Shown: one piece after another, positions 19,638 to 29,904 of the stretch | Layout of the letters: every line of letters starts with the position of its first letter | Position numbering within the stretch: the stretch's first letter is position 1 | Notes under the pieces: generated by a model | What the model saw: the letters and a program-made list of their open reading frames with translations, nothing else | What the model was told of the DNA's origin: nothing | Database searches by the model: none | Translations under genes and position numbers: made by a program | DNA from: Polyangiaceae bacterium | GTDB taxonomy: Bacteria; Myxococcota_A; Polyangia; Polyangiales; Polyangiaceae | Length of the DNA: 64,000 nt | Assembly: GCA_965222375.1 (NCBI GenBank) | Contig: CBDCTZ010000012.1 | Location: 320,001-384,000 of the forward strand | Direction: 5' to 3'

Positions 19638-21154
19638 AGCTTGCCATGACCGACCTGTCGAAGCGCGCCCGCGGAGCCAGCCTGGCTGAGCTAACGCGGG
19701 CGCTTGCGCACCTAGGTGCGCGCCTCACGGGGTCTGGCGAGGCGCGGGTTTTCGACGTGCACCACGATTCGAGACGCGTAGAGCCCGGCGATGTATTCGT
19801 CGCTCGCTCGGGTGGTTCCAGGGATGGTGCGCGCTTCATTGCGGACGCTGTCGCTGCGGGCGCGGGAGCCGTCATCCACGAGCCGAGCGGCGGCGTGCCA
19901 TCTGGCGACGTCCCGCTGATCGAAGTTAGCGACGCCCGTCTGGCCCTAGCCTTCGCCTCCGAACTCGTGCACGGCCACCCATCGAAGCAGCTCGGCGTCG
20001 TCGGTATCACCGGGACCAATGGCAAGACGACCTGTTCATATCTGACCGCCCACGTTCTGGGTGCCGCTGGAGCTCGTGCCGCGCGCATGGGCACTCTCGG
20101 CTTTGCCTTCGAGGCTGAGGAGATCTCGTCGCCCCTGACCACCCCCGAGGCTGACGCCATCAGTCGCTACGCCGCGCGAGTGCGCGATGCCGGCGCGACG
20201 CATCTCGTCATGGAGGCCTCCAGCCACGCGCTGGCTCTCGGGCGGGTCGCCGCGATTCAATTCGAAGTAGCAGCGTTCACGAACTTGACCCAGGACCACC
20301 TGGATTTTCACGAGTCGATGGAAGCGTATGCAGAGACGAAGCGCCGACTGTTCACGGAGCTGGAGCCTCGCCACAGTGTCGTGAACATCGACGACGCCTT
20401 TGGTGCGACGTTGGCGGAGCTGTCCCACGCGGACCTGATTCGAGTGGGCATGACAACCAACGCAGACGTGCATCCGATTGCGGTGACCCAGGACGTGCGT
20501 GGGCTGCGCGGCACTCTGAGCGTGGCCGGGACGCGGGTGGAGATCGCGACCCGATTGATCGGAGACCACAACCTGCAGAACGTATTGGTGGCGTTGGGTG
20601 TGGCCAAGGCGCTGGGTCTCGACGTTCAGTCAGCCGCCGCGGGCCTTTCGGACGCGCCCGTGGCGCCGGGGCGCTTGGAGAGGTGCGACGCACCCGAAGA
20701 CGACATCTGTGTCCTCGTGGACTACGCCCACACCCCGGACGCGCTCCGTCGCGCCTTGGCGGCAGTTCGACCCATGACTTCCGGCGACCTTTGGTGTGTT
20801 TTCGGTTGTGGGGGTGACCGGGACCCTTTGAAGCGACCGCAGATGGGCGAGGCAGTTGGTCGCGCGGCGGATCGCGCCGTCATCAGCAATGACAACCCGC
20901 GCTCCGAGGCGCCCGAGAAGATCGCTGACGCCATTTCCGCTGGGCTGCGCCCACATCTGGACGCCTTCGAGGTGATCTTGGACCGACGCGCGGCCATCGA
21001 GCACGCCGTGACCCAAGCGGCGGCGGGTTCGGTAGTGCTGATCGCGGGCAAAGGGCACGAGACGACCCAAACCATCGGCGAGAGAAAACTACCCTTCGAT
21101 GATCGCGCCGAAGCGCGGCGTGCGCTGTCCCTTCGCCGCGGGGAGGCGCAGTAG
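19634..21154 (+). CDS. murE: UDP-MurNAc-tripeptide synthetase MurE
   Basis: GITGTNGKTT, TNLTQDHLDFH, DYAHTPD, DNPR (meso-DAP type) and AGKGHE. Confidence 0.96.
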   Translation: MKLAMTDLSKRARGASLAELTRALAHLGARLTGSGEARVFDVHHDSRRVEPGDVFVARSGGSRDGARFIADAVAAGAGAVIHEPSGGVPSGDVPLIEVSDARLALAFASELVHGHPSKQLGVVGITGTNGKTTCSYLTAHVLGAAGARAARMGTLGFAFEAEEISSPLTTPEADAISRYAARVRDAGATHLVMEASSHALALGRVAAIQFEVAAFTNLTQDHLDFHESMEAYAETKRRLFTELEPRHSVVNIDDAFGATLAELSHADLIRVGMTTNADVHPIAVTQDVRGLRGTLSVAGTRVEIATRLIGDHNLQNVLVALGVAKALGLDVQSAAAGLSDAPVAPGRLERCDAPEDDICVLVDYAHTPDALRRALAAVRPMTSGDLWCVFGCGGDRDPLKRPQMGEAVGRAADRAVISNDNPRSEAPEKIADAISAGLRPHLDAFEVILDRRAAIEHAVTQAAAGSVVLIAGKGHETTQTIGERKLPFDDRAEARRALSLRRGEAQ

Positions 21155-21158
21155 CCCG

Positions 21159-22598
21159 GTGTCGACGCCCATTCCCGAAAACGCTGCCGCGCTCTCAATC
21201 GCCGAGATCGTGAAACTCTGCGGTGGGGAGTTGTTGCAGGCTGGCGACAAAGCCGATGTGCGCGGAGTCTTCACGGATACTCGCCAGGGCGCCAGCGGTA
21301 AGCTCTTCGTCGCGCTGCGCGGTGAGCGCTTCGACGGGCATGCCTTCCTGGACCAAGCCGCCGACGGCGGCACGAGCGCAATGCTGGTGGAACGGGAGGT
21401 TGCGCCGCAAGAGGGCGTGGCGGTGATTCGGGTGGCTAGCACCCTCGACGCGCTGGGCGCTCTAGCCAACGCGCATCGCCGCCGATGGGGCGGCAAGGTG
21501 GTGGTCGTCGCCGGTTCTGCGGGCAAGACGACCACGAAGGCCACCATCGCAGCGGCGCTACGCGGGACTTGGCCCGACAGCGTGCACGTGACCGCTGGCA
21601 ATCTGAATAACCGGGTCGGTGTGCCCATGGTGCTGCTTGCGCTGACCGAAGCGCACCGAGTTGCAGTCGTCGAGATCGGCACGAATCAACCCGGTGAGGT
21701 CGAGGCGCTGAGCAAGATCGCGGAGCCGGACTTGGCGGTGTTGACCCTGGTTGCCATCGAGCACAGCGAAGGCCTGGGGGACCTGGATGCGATCGAGCGT
21801 GAGGAGGCAGCGGTCTTCGCCGGGCTGTCGGCTAAGGGCGTGATCGTGGCCAACCGAGACGACCCCCGCGCTTGGCGCAGCGCGCTTGCCGCAACCGCCG
21901 CTACTCGCATCGGCTACGGCGTAGATGCGGACGCCAGCTATCGCGTGAGTGCTCGCGAGAGCATCGGAACGGCCCAGAGTCGTCTCGAGATTGCGCGGCC
22001 GGCAGGCGGAAACGCAGAACTCACAGTGCCCTTGCTCGGCGCGCCGGCCGCCCTGGCCGTCGCGGCGGCCGTGGCAGTAGCCGACACCCTGGCCGCCACT
22101 CCGGTGCCCGGGTCTGTGCTGCAAGCCGGTTTGGGGTCCGCGGAAGTGCTGGAGGCCGGGCGCATGCAACCCGTCGAGCAGAGCGACGGTACGCTGCTTC
22201 TGGACGACAGCTACAACGCCAATCCTGCCAGCGTCATCGCTGCGTTGCAGACTGCCCAGGAGCTCAGCTCAGCTCGAGCTGCCGAGTTGGTCCTCGTCTT
22301 GGGTGAGATGCGCGAGCTCGGGGCCCTGAGCGAACGGGAGCACAAGCAGATCGGGGAGGTCGTCGCGACGACCGGCGCGCGCGCGTTGGTCGCGATCGGG
22401 GGTGACGCCAAGCACCTCGTGGAACCTGCCCGCGCCGCGGGCATCGACGCGGTCTTCGTCGAAACTAGCGAAGCCGCTGTCGCCTGTGTTCGCGAGCGAC
22501 TAGCGCCGGGCTCGGTCGTGCTGGTCAAGGCATCCCGAGGTGTTGGCGCCGATGCAGTGGTTACCGCCCTGCGAAACGGCAATGGGAGGGCAGCGTGA
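21159..22598 (+). CDS. murF: UDP-MurNAc-pentapeptide ligase MurF
   Basis: GERFDGH, GSAGKTTTK, GNLNN, DDSYNANP and LVKASRG. Confidence 0.95.
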   Translation: MSTPIPENAAALSIAEIVKLCGGELLQAGDKADVRGVFTDTRQGASGKLFVALRGERFDGHAFLDQAADGGTSAMLVEREVAPQEGVAVIRVASTLDALGALANAHRRRWGGKVVVVAGSAGKTTTKATIAAALRGTWPDSVHVTAGNLNNRVGVPMVLLALTEAHRVAVVEIGTNQPGEVEALSKIAEPDLAVLTLVAIEHSEGLGDLDAIEREEAAVFAGLSAKGVIVANRDDPRAWRSALAATAATRIGYGVDADASYRVSARESIGTAQSRLEIARPAGGNAELTVPLLGAPAALAVAAAVAVADTLAATPVPGSVLQAGLGSAEVLEAGRMQPVEQSDGTLLLDDSYNANPASVIAALQTAQELSSARAAELVLVLGEMRELGALSEREHKQIGEVVATTGARALVAIGGDAKHLVEPARAAGIDAVFVETSEAAVACVRERLAPGSVVLVKASRGVGADAVVTALRNGNGRAA

Positions 22599-23725
22599 TC
22601 TACGAATTGCTCTATCCTCTCTCCACCAAATTCGGCTGGGCTGGCGCCCTGAACGTGCTCCGGTACACGCCCTTCCGCGCGATCATGGCGACGCTGACGG
22701 CGATGGCGATGTGCTTCGTGCTCGCGCCCTGGTTCATCCGCACCCTGCAAACGAAACAGATCGGGCAGGTTGTGCGTGATGAAGGGCCCGAGTCCCACAA
22801 GATCAAGGCGGGCACGCCCACCATGGGCGGTGCGCTGATTCTGCTCGCGGTGCTAGTGCCCACTGCGCTGTGGGCGGACGTGCAGAACGTTTTCGTGATC
22901 GCAACCGCAGCGGTGACGGCTGGCTACGGCTTCATCGGCTATTTGGATGATCGCCTGAAGATACAGGGCGCCAACAGCCGGGGCTTGTCCGGGCGCTACA
23001 AACTCGTGGGCCAATTTGCGATTGGCGGCGCAGCCGTTGGCTATCTATTCCTGGCACCAAAGGGGTTGCCGCAGGGCTGGCTCGACATGCGCATGCGCCT
23101 CTCGGTGCCTTTCGTTGCCTTCGACAAGCATCCTATCGAGCTCCCGGTCTGGGGCTACGTGGTCTTCGCGTTGCTGGTCGTCGTAGCGACCAGCAACGCC
23201 GTGAACCTCACGGACGGGCTGGATGGATTAGCGATCGGCCCGGTAATGATCAACGCCGGAGCCTACATGGTCTGGGCCTACATTGCCGGCTCCGTGCTGT
23301 TCGGAAAGCCCCTTGCTGGCTACTTGAACATCGCGGGCATCCCAGAGATGACCGAGCTGAGCATCTTCTGCGCGGCGGTGATCGGTGCCGGTATCGGTTT
23401 CCTTTGGTACAACACTTACCCGGCCCAAGTGTTCATGGGCGACGTGGGTTCGCTGTCCCTGGGCGGTGGGCTGGGCATGGTTGCCGTCCTCACCAAGAAT
23501 GAGCTTCTCAGCGTCTTGCTCGGTGGCGTGTTCGTACTGGAGGCAGCCAGCGTGATCACGCAAGTGGTCAGCTTCAAGCTTTTCGGTCGGCGCGTCTTCT
23601 TGATGGCTCCGATTCACCACCACTTCGAGAAGAAGGGATGGCCTGAGCCTCGCATCATCGTGCGGTTCTGGATCATCTCCATTCTCTTGGCCCTCGTGGC
23701 GCTTTCGTCGCTCAAGCTTCGGTGA
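22595..23725 (+). CDS. mraY: Phospho-MurNAc-pentapeptide transferase MraY
   Basis: GTPTMGG, NAVNLTDGLDGL, FMGDVGS and MAPIHHHFE. Confidence 0.97.
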   Translation: MIYELLYPLSTKFGWAGALNVLRYTPFRAIMATLTAMAMCFVLAPWFIRTLQTKQIGQVVRDEGPESHKIKAGTPTMGGALILLAVLVPTALWADVQNVFVIATAAVTAGYGFIGYLDDRLKIQGANSRGLSGRYKLVGQFAIGGAAVGYLFLAPKGLPQGWLDMRMRLSVPFVAFDKHPIELPVWGYVVFALLVVVATSNAVNLTDGLDGLAIGPVMINAGAYMVWAYIAGSVLFGKPLAGYLNIAGIPEMTELSIFCAAVIGAGIGFLWYNTYPAQVFMGDVGSLSLGGGLGMVAVLTKNELLSVLLGGVFVLEAASVITQVVSFKLFGRRVFLMAPIHHHFEKKGWPEPRIIVRFWIISILLALVALSSLKLR

Positions 23726-25068
23726 CCCAAATGGAGCTAGAGAATCAAAAAGTCGTCGTGGTGGGCCTAGGCAAGAGCGGTTTGGCTGCCGCCAAGCTCT
23801 GCCAGAGTCGTGGTGCCCACGTGATCGGCGCGGATAGCGCGGCGGTCGCCGAATTGCCCCAGGCGGTTCGGGATTCGGGCATCGAGTTGCAGCTTGGCGA
23901 GCACGATCCCAAAACGCTACAAACTGCTGATTTGATTGTGGTTTCTCCGGGAGTGCCGGCGCTGCCCTGCCTCTCGGAGGCGGCTGCAGCCGGCGTGGAG
24001 GTGATCGGTGAGCTGGAGTTGGCCAGCCGGTTCGTGGCTGCCCCCGTGTTGGCTGTGGGTGGCACCAACGGCAAGAGTACGGCGACGAGCCTGCTCGCAG
24101 CGCTGCTCGAGTCCGCAGGCCTGTCGGTGTTCGCCGGCGCGAACTTGGGGCGCCCCGCCGCAGAAGCCGTCGACACGAGCTTCGACGTCGTTGTCTGGGA
24201 GGTGTCCAGCTTCCAGATGGAACGGGTACCGACGTTTCGGCCCAAGATCGGCGTTTTGCTCAACGTGAGTGAAGACCACCTGGACCGATACCCGAGCTTC
24301 GAGGCCTACGCCACGGCAAAGGGCAACGCATTCGTCAACCAAAAGCATGGAGACGTGGCCGTCATTCCCGCTGGCGATTCTGTGTGTCGTGCCCAAGCAG
24401 AGCGGGGCGCGGGGACAGTCGTGACCTTTGGTGCGGGCGCGGACTACGCCGTGGAGGAAGACACCGTGGTCGAGACCGCGAGTGGAGAGACTTTTTCGCT
24501 GCGGGACGCGCGGCTGTTCGGCCGCCACAACTACGAGAATGCCGCCGCGGCAATCGCCGCAGCCCGCGCTTTCGGGGTCGAGCCCGCGGCAATCCGTGGA
24601 GGCATCGCCGCCTTTGTTCCTCTGCCCCATCGCATGACGCGGGTTGGCGTGGTTCGAGGGGTAAGCTTCTACGACGACTCCAAGGCGACGAACGTGGGTG
24701 CGGCGGTCACGGCGCTGACGGGGCTTGATGAACCTCGAGCCGTGCTGATTGCCGGTGGGCGGGACAAGCACGGCTCCTATGGGCCCTTGGCTGCCGCGCT
24801 GCAGGAAAAGGCACGCGCCGTCGTTGTGTTGGGGGAGGCCGCGGATCGAATAGCCGACGCCGTGACTGGAAGAGTCATGCTCGAGCGGGCGACAGACATG
24901 GCTGGTGCCGTGAAGATCGCTTTCGGGTTGGCAGAGCCGGGCGATGCAGTGCTGCTGTCTCCGGCCTGCTCCAGTTTCGACATGTTCACGTCCTACGCGG
25001 CGCGGGGGGAAGCCTTCCAACGCGCCGTCGACGGGCTTGCGTCATCGGATAGTGAGGTCAGAGCATGA
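23722..25068 (+). CDS. murD: UDP-MurNAc-L-Ala:D-Glu ligase MurD
   Basis: GLGKSG, GTNGKST, EVSSFQ, DHLDRY, DSKATN and LLSPACSSFD. The start may be ATG 23731. Confidence 0.96.
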   Translation: MTQMELENQKVVVVGLGKSGLAAAKLCQSRGAHVIGADSAAVAELPQAVRDSGIELQLGEHDPKTLQTADLIVVSPGVPALPCLSEAAAAGVEVIGELELASRFVAAPVLAVGGTNGKSTATSLLAALLESAGLSVFAGANLGRPAAEAVDTSFDVVVWEVSSFQMERVPTFRPKIGVLLNVSEDHLDRYPSFEAYATAKGNAFVNQKHGDVAVIPAGDSVCRAQAERGAGTVVTFGAGADYAVEEDTVVETASGETFSLRDARLFGRHNYENAAAAIAAARAFGVEPAAIRGGIAAFVPLPHRMTRVGVVRGVSFYDDSKATNVGAAVTALTGLDEPRAVLIAGGRDKHGSYGPLAAALQEKARAVVVLGEAADRIADAVTGRVMLERATDMAGAVKIAFGLAEPGDAVLLSPACSSFDMFTSYAARGEAFQRAVDGLASSDSEVRA

Positions 25069-26378
25069 AGCGAGTTGCAGACTTTCTGCGCGTCACCACT
25101 CGCCAGGGGCCGGTCGATCCCGTGCTGGCCGCCCTCGCGATCGCGCTGGTGGGTTGTGGTGTGGTCATGGTCTACAGCGCCAGCGTGATCGAGGCGACCG
25201 CGGTGTTTCGGGATTCTCAACACTTCCTCAAGCGCCAAGCGGTATATGCCTTGGCTGGGCTGCTGGTCATGTACCTGGTCAGCCGTATCGACTATCACAA
25301 GCTGCGACCCCTGACGTATCCGGTGCTCGGCGGGGTGGTGTTGCTGTTGGTGCTGTCCGTGATCGGATTCGGACACACGGGTGGTGGTGCGGCGCGCTGG
25401 TTGCGGCTTGGGCCGATCCACGTGCAGCCCTCCGAGGCCGCCAAGCTCGCTCTCGTGCTGTGGCTGGCGTACTCTTTGGAAAAGAAGAAGGAAAAGGTGA
25501 AGTCCTTTTCCATCGGCATGCTGCCGCATCTGATCACAGCCGGCGCCCTGATGTTGCTGTGCTTGAAGCAGCCCGACTTCGGCGGCGCTGTTGTCCTCTT
25601 GTTCCTGACGTTCACGCTGCTCTTCGTCGCGGGTGCGCGGCTCGGTTATCTGCTGGGCGTGGCGATGGTCGGTGCGGTGGCCGCAGCGTGGTTGGTGCGA
25701 TTCACTAGCTACCGCTGGGAACGCATGCTCGCCTGGTTCAACATGTCAGAGCATCGCCAGGACTTGGCCTATCAGCCGTTCCAGTCCGTGATGAGTTTCG
25801 GCAGCGGCGAGCTGACGGGAATGGGTTTGGGCAAGGGGCTGCAGGTCCTATACTTGCCCGAAGCGCATACGGATTTCATTTCCGCCATCGTGGGAGAGGA
25901 ACTCGGGTTCATCGGCGTGCTGGGACTGATCAGCGTGTACCTGGTGATCGTCGCGCGAGGTGTCCGGGCTGCCCTGGCAGCTGAGGACGACTATGGCTCC
26001 TACATTGCTTTCGGGATTGCTGTTCTGTTTGGTGCTCAGGCGCTGGTGAACCTCTCCGTGGCGATGGCGATGCTGCCGACGAAGGGCCTGACGCTGCCTT
26101 TCGTCAGTTACGGCGGGTCGTCTCTGTTGGTGAACTGCGCTGCCATGGGGATTTTGTTGAACATCTCACGCCCGCGGTTGGGGCCGGCAAACGTCCGGGT
26201 GGATGACGCTGTGGTCGACGCTGAAGCGAGCGCCACGGTCGTGAGCGAAGCCGAGTTTTCCGGCGGCAAGAAGAAGAAGGCGAAGAAACCCGCCGGCCGC
26301 GCGGCCCCCAAGCCCTCCAAGGGGGCCTCCCCAAAGCCGCGGAAGAAGCGTGGCCGCCCTGTGGAGGCGCCGGCATGA
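25065..26378 (+). CDS. ftsW: SEDS peptidoglycan polymerase FtsW
   Basis: QPSE, QPDFG, LPEAHTDFI and LPFVSYGGSS, with a basic C-terminal extension. Confidence 0.96.
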   Translation: MKRVADFLRVTTRQGPVDPVLAALAIALVGCGVVMVYSASVIEATAVFRDSQHFLKRQAVYALAGLLVMYLVSRIDYHKLRPLTYPVLGGVVLLLVLSVIGFGHTGGGAARWLRLGPIHVQPSEAAKLALVLWLAYSLEKKKEKVKSFSIGMLPHLITAGALMLLCLKQPDFGGAVVLLFLTFTLLFVAGARLGYLLGVAMVGAVAAAWLVRFTSYRWERMLAWFNMSEHRQDLAYQPFQSVMSFGSGELTGMGLGKGLQVLYLPEAHTDFISAIVGEELGFIGVLGLISVYLVIVARGVRAALAAEDDYGSYIAFGIAVLFGAQALVNLSVAMAMLPTKGLTLPFVSYGGSSLLVNCAAMGILLNISRPRLGPANVRVDDAVVDAEASATVVSEAEFSGGKKKKAKKPAGRAAPKPSKGASPKPRKKRGRPVEAPA

Positions 26379-27559
26379 CCCAGCGGATCTTGTTTGCGGG
26401 CGGGGGCACCGGCGGCCATGTGTTTCCGCTGATCGCGGTGGCTGATGCCCTGGCGCAACTTGCACCGAATGTGGAAGTGGTGTTCGTCGGCACGGAACGC
26501 GGCATGGAGACCCGCGTTGTTCCTGAGCGTGGCTATCGCCTCGAGTTGATGGACGTCCTGCCCCTGCGAGGAGGTGGGGTTCGCGGTGCGGCGCGCGGCG
26601 CTTTGCGCGCCACGGGGGCAGTGATCGAAGCCCGCCAATTGGTGCGGCGCGTTGCACCTCGCGCGGTGTTGTCCATTGGCGGCTACGCCGCCGGCCCGGT
26701 CTCCTTATCAGCGCGACTGCAGGGCAAGCCACTGGCGCTGCTGGAGCCCAACAGTGTCATTGGTCTGGCGAATCGACTGATCGCACCGGTGGTGCATCGT
26801 GCCTACACCGCCTTTGAAGGCGCGGAGCGCCACTTTGCAGCCAAGGCAGTGCGTCGGCTGGGCGTGCCCATTCGCCAGGGTTTCGACCCGGTCGCCTACG
26901 GGCGCGTTGCGAGCGTTTTGCGGGTGTTGGTGCTCGGTGGAAGCCAGGGCGCCCGCCGCCTCAACGAATCCGTGCCCGAGGCGCTTTCGCTTGCGAAGAC
27001 GCCGGTGCGTGTCGTGCATCAATGTGGCCGCGCAGACGTGGATGACGTTCGCGCGCGCTATCAAGATCTTGGAGCCGCCAAGGTCGCGCAAGTCACGCCC
27101 TTCATCGAAGACATGCCTGCGGCGATTCGCGACGCTGATCTCGTCATTGCCCGCAGTGGTGCAAGCGCCGTCAGTGAGATTTGTGCCGTGGGTCGGCCTA
27201 GCTTGCTGGTGCCTTACCCCTACGCCGCGGGAGATCACCAGCGCGTCAACGCTGAAGAGCTCGCTCGAGATGGCGCTTCCGTCTGGATATCCAACGACGC
27301 CGCTACGCCGCAGGAGTTCGCACGGCAGCTCGATCGATTGCACCAGGAGCCGGGGCGCTTGGAAGCCATGGCGGAAGCCGCACGCGCGCGAGGCCTCCCC
27401 AACGCGGCGATCGACATCGCAACGGACTTGCTGCAACTCGCCGGTATGGCGGAAGCGGGCGAGCTAGGTCGAGCCCGGCCTGGCGGAACTCGGGACGCCG
27501 ATGACGACGAACACTGCGAACTGTCCAGCGCGGCCTTTGCTGGGGCCATGAGGAGCTGA
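26375..27559 (+). CDS. murG: Lipid II GlcNAc transferase MurG
   Basis: GGGTGGHVFP, GGSQGA, RSGAS and HQRVNA. Confidence 0.96.
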   Translation: MTQRILFAGGGTGGHVFPLIAVADALAQLAPNVEVVFVGTERGMETRVVPERGYRLELMDVLPLRGGGVRGAARGALRATGAVIEARQLVRRVAPRAVLSIGGYAAGPVSLSARLQGKPLALLEPNSVIGLANRLIAPVVHRAYTAFEGAERHFAAKAVRRLGVPIRQGFDPVAYGRVASVLRVLVLGGSQGARRLNESVPEALSLAKTPVRVVHQCGRADVDDVRARYQDLGAAKVAQVTPFIEDMPAAIRDADLVIARSGASAVSEICAVGRPSLLVPYPYAAGDHQRVNAEELARDGASVWISNDAATPQEFARQLDRLHQEPGRLEAMAEAARARGLPNAAIDIATDLLQLAGMAEAGELGRARPGGTRDADDDEHCELSSAAFAGAMRS

Positions 27560-27563
27560 GTCG

Positions 27564-28955
27564 ATGTTTCGCGGACGGGTTCGGCACGTGCACTTCATCG
27601 GAGTCGGAGGCATCGGTATGAGCGGCCTGGCTGAAATCCTGCGCACGCTCGAGTTCGATGTCTCCGGTTCGGATCTGCGAAAAGGGGAGAACACCGCTCG
27701 GTTGGAGCGACTCGGCGTCAAGATCTGCGTGGGCCACCGTCGCGAGAACGTTCAGGGCTCGGATGTGGTCGTGTACTCCAGCGCAATCTCCGCGGAAAAC
27801 CCAGAGATGCAGGAGGCCAACGCCCTGGGCATCCCGGTGATCACCCGGGCGGTGATGCTTGCCGAGCTCATGCGCGTCAAATATGGCGTCGCGATTGCGG
27901 GCTCTCACGGAAAGACCACGACGACCTCGTTGGTCGCGACGGTGCTGCGCGCCGCCGGCTACGACCCTACGGTGGTCGTGGGAGGCCGCATGGCTGCGCT
28001 GGGTTCAAACGCACGGCTCGGCGCTGGAGATCTCTTGGTCGCGGAGGCGGACGAAAGCGATGGGTCGTTTCTTCGCTTAGCACCCACGATTGGTGTGGTG
28101 ACGAACATCGACCCGGAGCACCTGGATTTCTACGGAACTCACGAACAGCTCAAGGAGGCGTTCGTCGAGTTCATCGAAAAGGTGCCTTTCTATGGTTTGG
28201 CGGTGCTGTGCCTCGATCATCCAGATGTACAGGATCTCCTGCCACGGATCCGAAGCCGCCACGTGACTTACGGACTGTCGCCTCAGGCGGACTATCACGC
28301 GCGAGCTCTTCGCTCGAGCGGCATTATCTCCAGCTTCGTGGTGTATGGGCGCGGGCAACCGCTGGGGGAATTCACCGTCCGCATGCCCGGCAACCACAAT
28401 GTGCTCAATTGCCTAGCGGCGATTGCGGTTGCGGACGAACTCGAAGTGCCTCTGGACGAGATGAAGCAGGCCCTCGCCACGTTTACGGGGGTGGCTCGGC
28501 GCTTCAGCATCGTTGCCGAAGAGCGCGGTGTGGCCCTGGTCGATGACTACGGTCACCATCCAGCAGAGGTCACGGCCACCTTGGCCGCCGCTCGCCGGGC
28601 GTACTCAGGACGGGTGCTAGTTGCATTCCAACCCCATCGCTATTCACGCACCGAGCAGTGTTTTGACGAATTCTGTCGTGCTTTCAACGATGCCGACGCC
28701 CTCTACGTCACGGACATCTATGCCGCTGGAGAGTCGCCCATCCCGGGAATCAGCTCCGAGCACCTGGTGCGTGGGGTAGCGGAACACGGTCATCATGCCG
28801 TCCGTTACGCTGCCGACCGTGAAGAGCTCGCCAAGGGTTTGGCCCAGGAGGCGGATCCAGGCGATGTGGTGATTGCTCTCGGTGCCGGCGACATCAATCG
28901 GATCCTGGACCCCGTGGCGAAGGCGCTGCGAGCACGTGGGGAGCCCCAAGCATGA
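27564..28955 (+). CDS. murC: UDP-MurNAc:L-Ala ligase MurC
   Basis: GVGGIGMSG, GSHGKTTTT, EADESD, DDYGHHP and FQPHRYSR. Confidence 0.97.
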   Translation: MFRGRVRHVHFIGVGGIGMSGLAEILRTLEFDVSGSDLRKGENTARLERLGVKICVGHRRENVQGSDVVVYSSAISAENPEMQEANALGIPVITRAVMLAELMRVKYGVAIAGSHGKTTTTSLVATVLRAAGYDPTVVVGGRMAALGSNARLGAGDLLVAEADESDGSFLRLAPTIGVVTNIDPEHLDFYGTHEQLKEAFVEFIEKVPFYGLAVLCLDHPDVQDLLPRIRSRHVTYGLSPQADYHARALRSSGIISSFVVYGRGQPLGEFTVRMPGNHNVLNCLAAIAVADELEVPLDEMKQALATFTGVARRFSIVAEERGVALVDDYGHHPAEVTATLAAARRAYSGRVLVAFQPHRYSRTEQCFDEFCRAFNDADALYVTDIYAAGESPIPGISSEHLVRGVAEHGHHAVRYAADREELAKGLAQEADPGDVVIALGAGDINRILDPVAKALRARGEPQA

Positions 28956-29854
28956 GTCGAAGAAAACGCGCCCACGGCGATCACATGCCGGCCCCGAATG
29001 AGCAGGGCTCTGTAGACGGCGAGAGCCCGCTGCCGCCGGCGGCCAAGCAGCGGCGCACGGCGGTCGGGCAGAGTGTGCCACCAGGGCCTCCCGGGACGTG
29101 GTCCAAAGTGTGGTCGGGCGTCAAGCTGCTATCGGGCGTGCTGCTCGTCGTTGGAATCAGCTTGGCCGTTGCCTGGGGCGCCCATCGCTACGCTCTGACG
29201 ACGCATCGCTTCGCTATTCGCAAAGTCGAGGTTCAAGGCGCAACCAAGCGAAGCGACGACCAAATTCTCGCGTTGATGAATGTGAAGGTCGGCGACAACA
29301 TTTTTTCCGTAGACACCGTCGTCGCCGAGCAGCGAGTGCTGGAGGACCCTTGGCTCAAAGAAGTGAAGATCTCCAGGGACCTTCCCAATACCCTGAAGGT
29401 CGAGCTAAAGGAACGCTCCGCCGTGGCCCTCGCGAGCATCGGGGATCAGATCTACCTGGTGACCCGAAGTGGTGAGCCCTTCAAGAGGCTGGAGGATGGT
29501 GACCCCTACGATCTGCCCGTGATTACGGGGATCAAACCTGATGGAGTCCGCCACCATCGCGACCGGGAAGTCGCCCGCTTGGCGACCGGCATCGAGGTCG
29601 TACGACACTGGGAGCGAATCAGCCTTTCGAAGACCTACCCCGCCCAGGAAGTGCACCTGACCCAAGGCGGCGACGTGGTGCTCATGGTGGGCAAAAGCGG
29701 GATCGCTTTGCACCTCGGTCCTGGGCCTTGGCGCAAGAAACTGCTGATGGCTCAGCGGGTGATGTTGCGTATGAGCGCGAAAGGGCGCATGCCCGGCATC
29801 GTATTTTTGGACAATTTGGCCCACCCGGAGCGGGTGGTCGTACGTATGCGGTGA
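28952..29854 (+). CDS. ftsQ: Cell division protein FtsQ
   Basis: TM segment followed by a POTRA-type region (…PWLKEVKISRDLPNTLKVELKER) and DLPVITG, located before ftsA. Confidence 0.88.
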   Translation: MSRRKRAHGDHMPAPNEQGSVDGESPLPPAAKQRRTAVGQSVPPGPPGTWSKVWSGVKLLSGVLLVVGISLAVAWGAHRYALTTHRFAIRKVEVQGATKRSDDQILALMNVKVGDNIFSVDTVVAEQRVLEDPWLKEVKISRDLPNTLKVELKERSAVALASIGDQIYLVTRSGEPFKRLEDGDPYDLPVITGIKPDGVRHHRDREVARLATGIEVVRHWERISLSKTYPAQEVHLTQGGDVVLMVGKSGIALHLGPGPWRKKLLMAQRVMLRMSAKGRMPGIVFLDNLAHPERVVVRMR

Positions 29855-29888
29855 GTGTGGGATGCCCCCGAAATCGCACGAGAAAATT

Positions 29889-29904
29889 TGGCCCGGAAAT
29901 CGCG
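29889..29904 (+). promoter_or_regulatory. Candidate internal sigma54-type promoter ahead of ftsA-ftsZ
   Basis: TGGCCCGGAAATCGCG, GG-N10-GC, 9/12 match, in the 130-bp ftsQ-ftsA gap. Confidence 0.4.
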
